A DNA stretch of 64,000 bases from Candidatus Methanomethylophilaceae archaeon (GCA_944320495.1 CALUHR010000005.1:224001-288000), one strand, 5' to 3'. Positions 42,904 through 51,255 are shown, numbered from the stretch's first letter. Notes: a model not told the origin generated them from the letters alone. Translations and numbers: made by a program.

Positions 42904-43523
42904 TGGGCACGTCCAACTACGCCCACGACACCAGCTTCCTCGTATGGGCCTTCGAGTACGAGCCCGACGAGGACTGGTACCGCGAGGAGTTCCCCGACGA
43001 GTCCGACGACTCGATCCACCTGATGATGGCCGAGGACCGCGACATGGAGTACAGGCAGGTCGAGAAGGCCGTCCAGCCCATGCTGGACCGCCTCAACTCC
43101 GATCTCCTGTTCCACAGACTGGGTATCCGCTCCGGGTACTACGACGGCATCCAGGTCTATGTCGACGAGCCGTCCCAGGACAGGTGGCTGGTGCCGGAGC
43201 TCCGCGATGCCTGGGAGGAGATGTACGGCGAGGACTCCGTCCCCGACGACACCAGACTCCTCGGCGTCTACGCCGACGAGCGCACCCGCATCAGGAAGTG
43301 GCTGAGGGACAACCTGCCCCGGCTCGGGTTCCATGCCCTGAGGTACACCTCTCCGTGGACGATCGAGCGCGTGGAGAATCCCAGCAGGAGGGCGTCCAAG
43401 CCGAAGGCGAAGAACCCCGCAAAGAGGTCCAGGCCGAAGGAATCGTCCAAGACGGTCAAACCGAAGACTAAGCCCAAGAACCAAGAGAAGAACTCTGGAA
43501 CTAAGTCCAGAAAGAGGTTCCGA
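42903..43523 (+). CDS. Array gene 18 (ends at CGA 43521; standard-code end 43568)
   Basis: MGTSNY start, acidic core, basic tail and CGAcATG junction. Confidence 0.75.
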
Positions 43524-43524
43524 C

Positions 43525-44466
43525 ATGTCCAAACGCGAGCGTGGCGGTGTCGGAAAGAGACCTGGTAGAAGGTCGTATCATCAACCAGGACAGCCCAGAT
43601 ACCCCGTCAGGAGGTCCCCAGAAGAATTCAAAGAGATGGGTTCCAAAGTCTCCAAGATTGGCAGAATCGAAAAAAGAAGATCGATCTGGGCCATAGACGA
43701 TTCAGGAACTGCTGATTTTACCGAAGGTGCGAGTGAATACCTGACGTTGACGGCAGTGACGATGCTGAACGAATCGGATTTCAGGAAGATGTTCTCTAAC
43801 ATCACACTGTATGATGGGGAGATAAAATTCAATCTCCTGAGATTGGAACATCCCGACGAATGTCTCACTGCCATGAAGCGCATCGGCAGCAGTACGGCCT
43901 TCATCGCTTGCTACCCTCGCTTCAAGGATTTTTCCAATCCCCAGGATCGTCGTCTGTTCTTCTTGGAATCCCTACAGAAACTCATCGATTCTATCATGCG
44001 GATCGATCGTTCGAGTCTTGTCCTGATAGGTGTGGATGAGAACAACTACCTGTTGTCCTCTGACTACTACGAACTATGCAGTCCCAGATGCCTGGTATTC
44101 CCTATCGACTCGAAGGATTCTCTCCTTTTGCAGACAGCGGACATGGCCACGAGTAGCTTGGGCCATGCCCTGCTTCCCGCGAATAGGGGGACATCCGCAT
44201 ATTTCGATGAAATCAGAGACAGAACGATGAATGTACACGGGAAGCCCGGCGTAAGCACACAGCAAACACCAAGGGGCTTCAACCGTGACGATATAGAATC
44301 GACCACAGAAGTTAAAAAGGTTGGTGGGTCCAAATCATCCAAATCCCGTTCTACGAAGGTTGTTCGTGGAAAGGATGGAAGATTCGTATCCTCTAACCCC
44401 TCCAAGCAGAAATCAACCCAGAAAAATGAGTCGAAGGCATCCAAGCCCAAGGGGGTCCGCAGATGA
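43525..44466 (+). CDS. Array gene 19, DUF3800-like protein with acquired tail
   Basis: AIDDSG...S.LLQTAD pattern, AT-richer codons; ends KPKGVRR. Confidence 0.65.
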   Translation: MSKRERGGVGKRPGRRSYHQPGQPRYPVRRSPEEFKEMGSKVSKIGRIEKRRSIWAIDDSGTADFTEGASEYLTLTAVTMLNESDFRKMFSNITLYDGEIKFNLLRLEHPDECLTAMKRIGSSTAFIACYPRFKDFSNPQDRRLFFLESLQKLIDSIMRIDRSSLVLIGVDENNYLLSSDYYELCSPRCLVFPIDSKDSLLLQTADMATSSLGHALLPANRGTSAYFDEIRDRTMNVHGKPGVSTQQTPRGFNRDDIESTTEVKKVGGSKSSKSRSTKVVRGKDGRFVSSNPSKQKSTQKNESKASKPKGVRR

Positions 44467-44863
44467 CCCTTATATCCCCAGCCACTGATGTTGGCGATGC
44501 GGTCGCGGAAACACCTCGCAGTAGGGAACGTGGCGGCTCCCACGCGACTGCACCTCTTGTTTCAGATTGTGAAGATAGAAACGGACGCCCGCTCCCGGTT
44601 GTGGGCACAGTTCTCCCACAGTGTCGGGTGCGTCGTCCCCAGTGGTCCCAAGGTGTCACCCCCAGGTTGCCGCCTGCAAGGATCGATGCGGCTGAAGGTA
44701 TTTCAACCCATTCCCGCACCATCAACCGTACGTCCGTCCTCCGTGGACTGGCGCTGAACATTCTCTCGCACATCGCGGGGACCTCTGGGTCCCCCACAAA
44801 CCCCAACAAGGATGGGAATCCGATGAAAATGTACAGCGCAATCAGTGGAACGGGGGTCTCCGC

Positions 44864-45526
44864 ATGACCCTCTGGAACGTCTATCTGCCCCACGGCAACT
44901 TCGCCGAGAGGATGGCCGTCGAGGCCCCGAACGAGAGGGAGGCATTGGAGGCCGTCGCGGAGAAGCTCCGCGGGACCGTCTTCGTCATCGACTATGACGA
45001 GTGGGACGCCAGATTCCAGGACTACATCGCGGACGGGTACTCCGCCGACGAGGCGGAGAACATACTGGACGAGATGTACCTGCCGGTGGACGGCGGGTAC
45101 TACCTGGACATCACGGGCGTCACCATCGAGGAGGCCCGCGACACCGGCTCCGACGGCAGGGTCGACGCCGTCAAGCTGGCCTACGATCTCGCCGACTTCG
45201 GCGAGGAGACGGACCACTACGAGTTCTGGGACAACTACAACACCATGGAGGACGCCGTCACCCAGCTCACCCAGTCCCTGGGAACCCTCGCGGGCTCCAG
45301 GGCGATCCGCGACGACATCGCGGAGAGGATGGCCGAAGGATTCGCCACCTATGGCGAGGACGAGAAGGCCAGGGGCCTCATATCCAGGCTCGACAGGCAC
45401 ATCAGATCCTTCGGCAGCGGTTCCGGGAGGCCGAAGGCCGGGAGGCCCGTCTCCAAGGCGTCCAAACCGAAGGCCAAGGCACCCGCCAGATCCTCCAAGC
45501 CGAAAGCCAAGGGAGGACGCAGATGA
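44864..45526 (+). CDS. Array gene 20, acidic core
   Basis: Ends KAKGGRR. Confidence 0.8.
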   Translation: MTLWNVYLPHGNFAERMAVEAPNEREALEAVAEKLRGTVFVIDYDEWDARFQDYIADGYSADEAENILDEMYLPVDGGYYLDITGVTIEEARDTGSDGRVDAVKLAYDLADFGEETDHYEFWDNYNTMEDAVTQLTQSLGTLAGSRAIRDDIAERMAEGFATYGEDEKARGLISRLDRHIRSFGSGSGRPKAGRPVSKASKPKAKAPARSSKPKAKGGRR

Positions 45527-45954
45527 ACTCGTACATCGACGCGGGGCAGATCGCCGAACACCTGAGGTACGAGCGCGACAGGGGGAGGCTCGAAGCCTTC
45601 CTCGATAGATCCGTGGATCTCGACGGCATCCTCATCAAGACGAGGGAGACGTCGAGGGGTGGCAGGGTCGTGTCCGAGCGCGTCATCGAGATGACGCTGC
45701 CGATCCGCTGGGCCGATCTCGGGGCCACCTTCGTCCTCAGGCCCCTCGCGCCCAACCACGTCGCCATGTACCCCGAGTCGGACCCCGAAGACCCTGTGTA
45801 TTCGACGGTGGCGAATGACGTCTGGAGATGGCTCCTGGACAGATACCGCGAATCCGCCGCCGGACACGGCGTGGACATCGATGCCTACGGGACCGTCATC
45901 ACGGCTTCCCTGAGGCCGGCATCCAAACCCAAGTTCAAGGGGGCGAGGAGATGA
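45523..45954 (+). CDS. Array gene 21
   Basis: ATGA overlap; short tail ASKPKFKGARR. Confidence 0.75.
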   Translation: MNSYIDAGQIAEHLRYERDRGRLEAFLDRSVDLDGILIKTRETSRGGRVVSERVIEMTLPIRWADLGATFVLRPLAPNHVAMYPESDPEDPVYSTVANDVWRWLLDRYRESAAGHGVDIDAYGTVITASLRPASKPKFKGARR

Positions 45955-46286
45955 GCGCGCGCATCAACGACCCGCTCGGGTTCGCCAACGGCGTGATGCC
46001 CAGGAACCCTCCCCAGGCTTACCGTGCGGTGATCATGCGTCCCGACGGCAGCGTCAGCATCACCCATGAGTTCCCCCGCGGATTCCTCGAGCAGGTAGTC
46101 ATCCCGGACGCCCTTGCCCAGGTTCCGGGCGGAAGGCTCTTGGAGATAATCCGCGACGAGGATAAGGAGGCCTGGATAAGGGCGCACACCAAGCCCAGGT
46201 CCGCGTCCAAGGCGTCCAGGCCGAAGGCCAAACCTCCGGCGAAGAAACCCGCGTCCAAACCCCGTTCCAAGGGGGCGGTACGCTGA
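45951..46286 (+). CDS. Array gene 22
   Basis: ATGA overlap; ends RSKGAVR. Confidence 0.75.
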   Translation: MSARINDPLGFANGVMPRNPPQAYRAVIMRPDGSVSITHEFPRGFLEQVVIPDALAQVPGGRLLEIIRDEDKEAWIRAHTKPRSASKASRPKAKPPAKKPASKPRSKGAVR

Positions 46287-46327
46287 ACACCAAGCCGGAG
46301 AGGAAGGTCTGGACATCCCCCGACGGG

Positions 46328-46864
46328 GTGTGGACCGTCACCGCGACGTCCGACGACCCGGCCGACCCCTCCGGCCCCCTCGGGGCCAGGGTGGTGGTGG
46401 AGAACCCCGCCTCCGCCTGGACCCGCTACCGGGAGGTGTCGGAGTTCAGGCCCCGCGGCGCGAGGGACGAGTGGGTCGGCGTCCCCGCCTACGTCAGCGA
46501 GAGGGCGGAGGAGATGCTCGAGGACGAGCGCGACGACCTGGAGAACAGGATTCGCTGGATCCTGAACAGGCACGACGGGCGCGGGAAGATCCTCTACGAC
46601 AGGATCAAGGGTTCCGCCGTCGGCCCCTGCCCCAGGTGCGGCTCCCGCTCGGTGACCGTCGATTCCTGCGTGAAGAGGGGGAAGGGCAACTCGCTGGTGG
46701 ACGGCCCCTATTCCATAGCGTGCTGCGACTGCTGGCTCCGCACCTCGTACCACGTCGACAGGTCGCTGATGCTGGCTGAGTGGAACGAGGGGCATCCGTG
46801 GCTCGAGTACAGGCCGGGCAGGCCGGTGCCGATCCGCGGGGACTATGAGAGGTGCGGGGCATGA
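46328..46864 (+). CDS. Protein with a C-terminal Lar-like (restriction alleviation) zinc ribbon
   Basis: GPCPRCGS...IACCDC...LAEWN pattern. Possible CTG start at 46283 overlapping the upstream stop. Confidence 0.55.
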   Translation: MWTVTATSDDPADPSGPLGARVVVENPASAWTRYREVSEFRPRGARDEWVGVPAYVSERAEEMLEDERDDLENRIRWILNRHDGRGKILYDRIKGSAVGPCPRCGSRSVTVDSCVKRGKGNSLVDGPYSIACCDCWLRTSYHVDRSLMLAEWNEGHPWLEYRPGRPVPIRGDYERCGA

Positions 46865-47399
46865 AACCGATCCGCGTCCGCACGGGATCGGATGATAAGG
46901 ATGGGCAGAGAGGTGACTTCACATCACATCACGACGTGGCCTCTTTGCCCGGTGTGCGGGTCGCTCATGCCCTACGGCAGGAGACGGGACGGCCGCAACA
47001 CGGATACAACGTCCGCGCCGTAGTTGATACTTCCGCCGGAACGGACATCGTCGGAGAGAAAGGCGGGAATGGCGAGACTTGCACGCAGCAGAATCGCTAC
47101 TTCATCCCCGTATCTCCGATTCATCCGCTGGCTAAGAATCTTTCTGGAAGAATGGAGGCGGATAACATAATATCCTCCACAAGAGGTATGCCGTACTGCA
47201 ATTCGGCGGAAAATATATCGCTACCAGGGGAAGCGGCGAGACCCCCCGCTGGATTGCGTTCTGTTGTGTTCTCCAAAATCCAAATTCAGGAGATCGAAGT
47301 ACAGGGATGCGCCGAAATCGACCTCGCAGAAGTCGGGATACGCATCCCCGCACCCTCCATCCCCTCCCCGACCAAGAACCTTTGCACGGAGGTGTCCGC

Positions 47400-48368
47400 A
47401 TGACCGCCGATCCGCCGGCGACCATCGACATCCCCGGCCACAGGGTCCCCTTCGAGGGCGGAATCTATCTCACCCTCTGGCCGGCGGAGTTCGTCTCCGC
47501 CGAGAAGGGACACTACCACTACGTCGTGGGTGCCAAGGATCCCCGCGCCTCGGGGTATGCCACGCTGCACTTCGAGCTGACGCCCCGCCAGCTCTCCGCG
47601 GCCGCCGAGGGACGGAACGTCTGGCCCCGCGCCTACTTCCAAGCGTTCCCCGAATCCGATCGCCCCAGGCCTCTCCGCGGAGACACCGTCCAGTACGAGC
47701 GGAGGAAATCCTCCAAACCCGCGAAGAAGCCGAGGAAGGGCGTCTCCGAGAGGCAGAGGAAACGCGAAAGCTTCCAGAGGATCGCTCTCGCCCCCCGCAA
47801 GTCCGAGATAACCGTCGTGGAGGAGGGCAGGGCCAAGGGCATCCCGATGACGGAGAGCGGATTCGTCCCCGCATCCGCCCTCCAGGAGAGGAACTCCAAG
47901 CGCTCCGCCCGCTCCCGCGCCATGGACTCCAGACGCCGTTCCAAGAAGGTCATCCGCCTGCCGGCCACGCCCCTCCAGGTCGCCTCCTGGTGGCATCACC
48001 CCGAGAGGTCCGACATCGAGGGGATAGACACACCGGCGGGGAGCGACGCGGGCGACTACATCCGCGAGCCCGTGGACATGGCCGCCATCGACAGGAACCG
48101 CGTGTCCAACATCGACGCCGAGGGCAACCGCCGTCTGTTCATCGACTACCGCAACGACGAGTTCCCCTGGCTGACGGACCCCGAGAGGGCGTTCGCCATG
48201 GCAAGGGAGGCCAGGAAGAGTTCCGGGTGGGCGGAGCAGAAGTACCGCGAGGCCTGGGACCAGTTCTACAGGAGGAACGGGATGGAGATGGATCCCGACG
48301 ACTACTCGGTGTCCGACAGCAGGAGGCCGAAGAGACATGCCAGGCGGAGGCTGGGCAGAAAACACTGA
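47400..48368 (+). CDS. SDIxGID-family protein with basic C-terminus
   Basis: GGAGGTG RBS and WWHHPERSDIEGIDTP. Confidence 0.8.
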   Translation: MTADPPATIDIPGHRVPFEGGIYLTLWPAEFVSAEKGHYHYVVGAKDPRASGYATLHFELTPRQLSAAAEGRNVWPRAYFQAFPESDRPRPLRGDTVQYERRKSSKPAKKPRKGVSERQRKRESFQRIALAPRKSEITVVEEGRAKGIPMTESGFVPASALQERNSKRSARSRAMDSRRRSKKVIRLPATPLQVASWWHHPERSDIEGIDTPAGSDAGDYIREPVDMAAIDRNRVSNIDAEGNRRLFIDYRNDEFPWLTDPERAFAMAREARKSSGWAEQKYREAWDQFYRRNGMEMDPDDYSVSDSRRPKRHARRRLGRKH

Positions 48369-48424
48369 ATGGGAGTGGACGGCGAAGGAGACCGTCCGCC
48401 CCCCGTTTTTCAGAAGATGATTCT

Positions 48425-49354
48425 ATGTTTGGAAGGAAATGTAACTCCAGGTATTCAAGGTCGGCGTCCCGCAGGGTCGCCGGACGTCATGTCGTCAGCA
48501 GATCCCCGAGGAACCAGGTGCCGTCTCTGCCGAGGGGTTCGGCTCTCTACAGGGGCGAACAGGCGACGGACAAGGAACTCGCCAATCGTGATGAGGGACG
48601 TCCGCTCATCCTACTCGATGATGCGATGTCCAAGGCGACCGGCGAGAAGTTCCTCATCGCGGCATGGATTCCGACCGAGGGGAGAAAGGATTTCAGGATG
48701 ATCTCCGAGAGACATCCCCGCACCACAAAGGATGGGCATGAGGCCAAATATCGTAACACGGGTGCAAAAGAGAGGGAGAATCTCTTCGTCGATCTGAACA
48801 AGGCCGTATTCGAGATTTCCGATACGTACGACTATCGGAACCCCTCTGATTTTGAGAAGAAGATGCCCTTCGCACACAGGAAGAACCTCGACCGCCGTGC
48901 TTTGGGATACATCTACCAGACCGATTTGATCATCCGCGAGATTCTGTCCCGTCATCCAGGCAGAATCGACATCGCCATGGACAATCCTCCGTACGACATC
49001 TGGGATGAACTGATGCAGCTATGCGGGGCACTGATCGCCGAGGGCTATCAGATCACATGGTACATCGTCACACCCAGCGGAATCATGCAGGAGCTTTGGA
49101 TCCACGACTATATGGCGGGATTGGATCGCGACATTCTGGAAGATGAGATCGAGGACAATCCGCAGATGCACGCACAAGACAAGAACGGCAACCAGAAGCC
49201 GATGACGGATGCCCTTCGCAATTCGATTGACGGGATAGCCAAGAGAAGGGTGACGAATCCCGATTATAAGGGGGTTGAACGCAAACAGACACCGAAGACG
49301 GAAGATGACAAGCGTCCGAAGAACGCGAACAAAGGAAAGAAGGCGAAAAAATGA
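48425..49354 (+). CDS. Divergent DUF3800-like protein with basic termini
   Basis: ILLDDA at the acidic catalytic-like position and an architecture similar to gene 19; ends KGKKAKK. Confidence 0.5.
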   Translation: MFGRKCNSRYSRSASRRVAGRHVVSRSPRNQVPSLPRGSALYRGEQATDKELANRDEGRPLILLDDAMSKATGEKFLIAAWIPTEGRKDFRMISERHPRTTKDGHEAKYRNTGAKERENLFVDLNKAVFEISDTYDYRNPSDFEKKMPFAHRKNLDRRALGYIYQTDLIIREILSRHPGRIDIAMDNPPYDIWDELMQLCGALIAEGYQITWYIVTPSGIMQELWIHDYMAGLDRDILEDEIEDNPQMHAQDKNGNQKPMTDALRNSIDGIAKRRVTNPDYKGVERKQTPKTEDDKRPKNANKGKKAKK

Positions 49355-49682
49355 GGATTCCCGTGGTATGTAAGCTGCACGGTCACCCGTACCACGGTAT
49401 TTGTCAGAAAGTCCCCGCCTATTTTTGTATGCCTCCGCGTGCTCTAGGTCATCAGCATACCGGCCCTATCAGACCCTATGGTAGTCCTGACGTAATAGAC
49501 AGCAGATCGGTGCAATATAAGGTCTCTGTTACGAAAATCGAAGCGGATGATATCATGGGAAGGAGATGCAAAACGAATGGGAACGCCCGGTTGCCGATCT
49601 CGGCAGTCAGATACCAAGCAGGGGCGTTCGGGCAAGGACACATGAGGGCCGAAGTCCTTGAAACCTTCGCCAGGAGGTGCGG

Positions 49683-50192
49683 ATGTACCGCATCGTGAAG
49701 CGCAGGGACGGCACCACCGTCCGCATACCCGTCGGAGAGGACGGCTACGTCCCCTTCGACGCCTACGTCGAAAGGAACAACAAGCGCTCCAGGCGTGCAA
49801 GGACGATGGACTCCAAGAGGGTGTCCAGAAGGCTCCTGAACCCTCTGATGACGCCCGAGGACGCCGCCGACTGGTGGGTACACCCCGAGAGGTCCGACAT
49901 CAAGGGCGTGGACGCACCGGCGAGAAAGAAGGAAGTCATCGCTCCGAAGAAGAGGAACCCTAAGGCATTCTTCGGGGAGAACAGGCGCAGATCGAGCGTC
50001 GCCAACCTGCCCTGGCTGTCCGATCCGCAGGAGGCCCAGGCGAAGGCGAGGGAGATGGGCGTCAGCGAGGACATGATCCGCGCGTACCAGCAGGCGGCCT
50101 GGGACGATCTGGACGTCCAGCTCGGCGTCCCGCGCCACACCGAGATGTTCGACTCGAACTCGAAGCGTCCGAGGAACAGGAGACGCGGATGA
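49683..50192 (+). CDS. SDIxGID-family protein
   Basis: GGAGGTG RBS and WWVHPERSDIKGVDAP. Confidence 0.8.
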   Translation: MYRIVKRRDGTTVRIPVGEDGYVPFDAYVERNNKRSRRARTMDSKRVSRRLLNPLMTPEDAADWWVHPERSDIKGVDAPARKKEVIAPKKRNPKAFFGENRRRSSVANLPWLSDPQEAQAKAREMGVSEDMIRAYQQAAWDDLDVQLGVPRHTEMFDSNSKRPRNRRRG

Positions 50193-50301
50193 AAACACGG
50201 TGGGGCACCGCCCCGCCTTTTCCTTGATTCTGACACAGCCAGACATCCCATCGCGTAGGTGAGACCGACCGATAAATACGGAACCCGTCCAATTACCGAC
50301 G

Positions 50302-50637
50302 ATGAAGGGCAGATTCAGTCTTCGGAGACGTCGTATCTACACGATCGGAGAGATTGCGGAGATAATCGCTCCCATCGCCAGGAGATACGGGGCAAGAGAG
50401 GTTTGGCTCTTCGGTTCCTACGCTCGCGGCGAAGCCGACGCGGACAGCGACGTGGACATCGCCGTGATGCCCGGGGAAGGTTGGGGCATACGCATCGGCA
50501 CGTTCTGGCGCGAGATCAGCGATGCCCTGGACAAGGATGTGGACCTGACTACGTTTGACGACGAGGCGTTCATCGATTTCGTCAAGAAGGACATGGTGCG
50601 GATTTACGTCTCGGAATCCAAGCGGATGATGCCGTGA
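50302..50637 (+). CDS. MNT-family nucleotidyltransferase
   Basis: LFGSYARGEADADSDVDI motif; no HEPN partner seen next to it. Confidence 0.85.
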   Translation: MKGRFSLRRRRIYTIGEIAEIIAPIARRYGAREVWLFGSYARGEADADSDVDIAVMPGEGWGIRIGTFWREISDALDKDVDLTTFDDEAFIDFVKKDMVRIYVSESKRMMP

Positions 50638-50783
50638 AGGGAGCAATTATGAAGGAAACACCCGGGTGCAAATCTTAGCCAAGGACCAAGTAGATGCGTT
50701 CGGGCAAAGACACATGGGATGTGTCATCCTTGAAACCTTCGCCGTGATGCACCCAGACACAAAGCGACAAGGGGTTGCCCCCC

Positions 50784-50996
50784 GTCGGAAACCCCGCGAC
50801 TGCGGGGAACACCGCATCATCTCCAAGAGTTGGATGAATGTCTTGGAATCACCCCCGCTTACGCGGGAAACACGGCCTGATGCTGATGGTCGCGTTCGCC
50901 CAGTTCGGATCACCCCCGCTTACGCGGGGAACACTCAATCCCGGTACATCCCATAGAATGTACTCTACGGATCACCCCCGCCGGAGCGGGGAAGGC
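50784..50996 (-). CRISPR. Type I-E-like mini-array with 4 repeats and 3 spacers
   Basis: 29-nt repeats at 50784, 50845, 50906 and 50968 (best copy CGGATCACCCCCGCTTACGCGGGGAACAC) and spacers of 32, 32 and 33 nt. No cas genes in the window. Confidence 0.9.
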
Positions 50997-51173
50997 ATCC
51001 CGGCCCGGGGAGTCGCGTTCCAATCCCCGGGCCGGGCCTCCGTCGCCACGTGCAGGGACGACGGCGGACCGCAATTGGAGGTTTAAGGTCCATCACGGTC
51101 AAGGACGAGCATATAGAAACGGTCTTCCCTGGAATCCGCCGCGACCTTGACCGTCCGACAACCGTCGGAACGG

Positions 51174-51196
51174 TTCATAAACGGTTCCCATCCCAT
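51174..51196 (+). promoter_or_regulatory. Element promoter-like motif copy 7
   Basis: TTCATAAACGGTTCCCATCCCAT upstream of ATG 51256. Confidence 0.6.
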
Positions 51197-51255
51197 CGCC
51201 CCCGTGTCCGTGACCACCGAATCAACCCCCGAGACGGACCCCTCACGGGGATCCC

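Larger units (their letters stand above)
32622..46286 (+). repeat. Array of 22 coupled genes with a shared C-terminal K/P/S/A-rich tail
   Basis: Recurring junction of the type TCCAAGCCCAAGTCCAAGGGGGTGAGGAGATGA. 19 of the 22 proteins end in xRR, VHR or AVR. Confidence 0.9.

Noticed and set aside
32622-46286. CRISPR array, integron attC sites or DGR
   Set aside because: The repeats are coding, variable in length and non-palindromic. There is no reverse transcriptase, template/variable repeat pair or adjacent integron integrase.
46852-47403. 183-aa ORF between the Lar-like gene and 47400
   Set aside because: It lacks the codon bias and composition of neighbouring genes, so it is treated as intergenic.
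47264-48424. N-terminal 387 codons of the 696-aa ORF 47264-49354
   Set aside because: Off-frame overlap with the 47400 gene. Only 48425-49354 looks coding.
50813-50967. Self-targeting by the mini-array spacers
   Set aside because: No matching protospacer was seen in the window by eye. A proper alignment is still needed.
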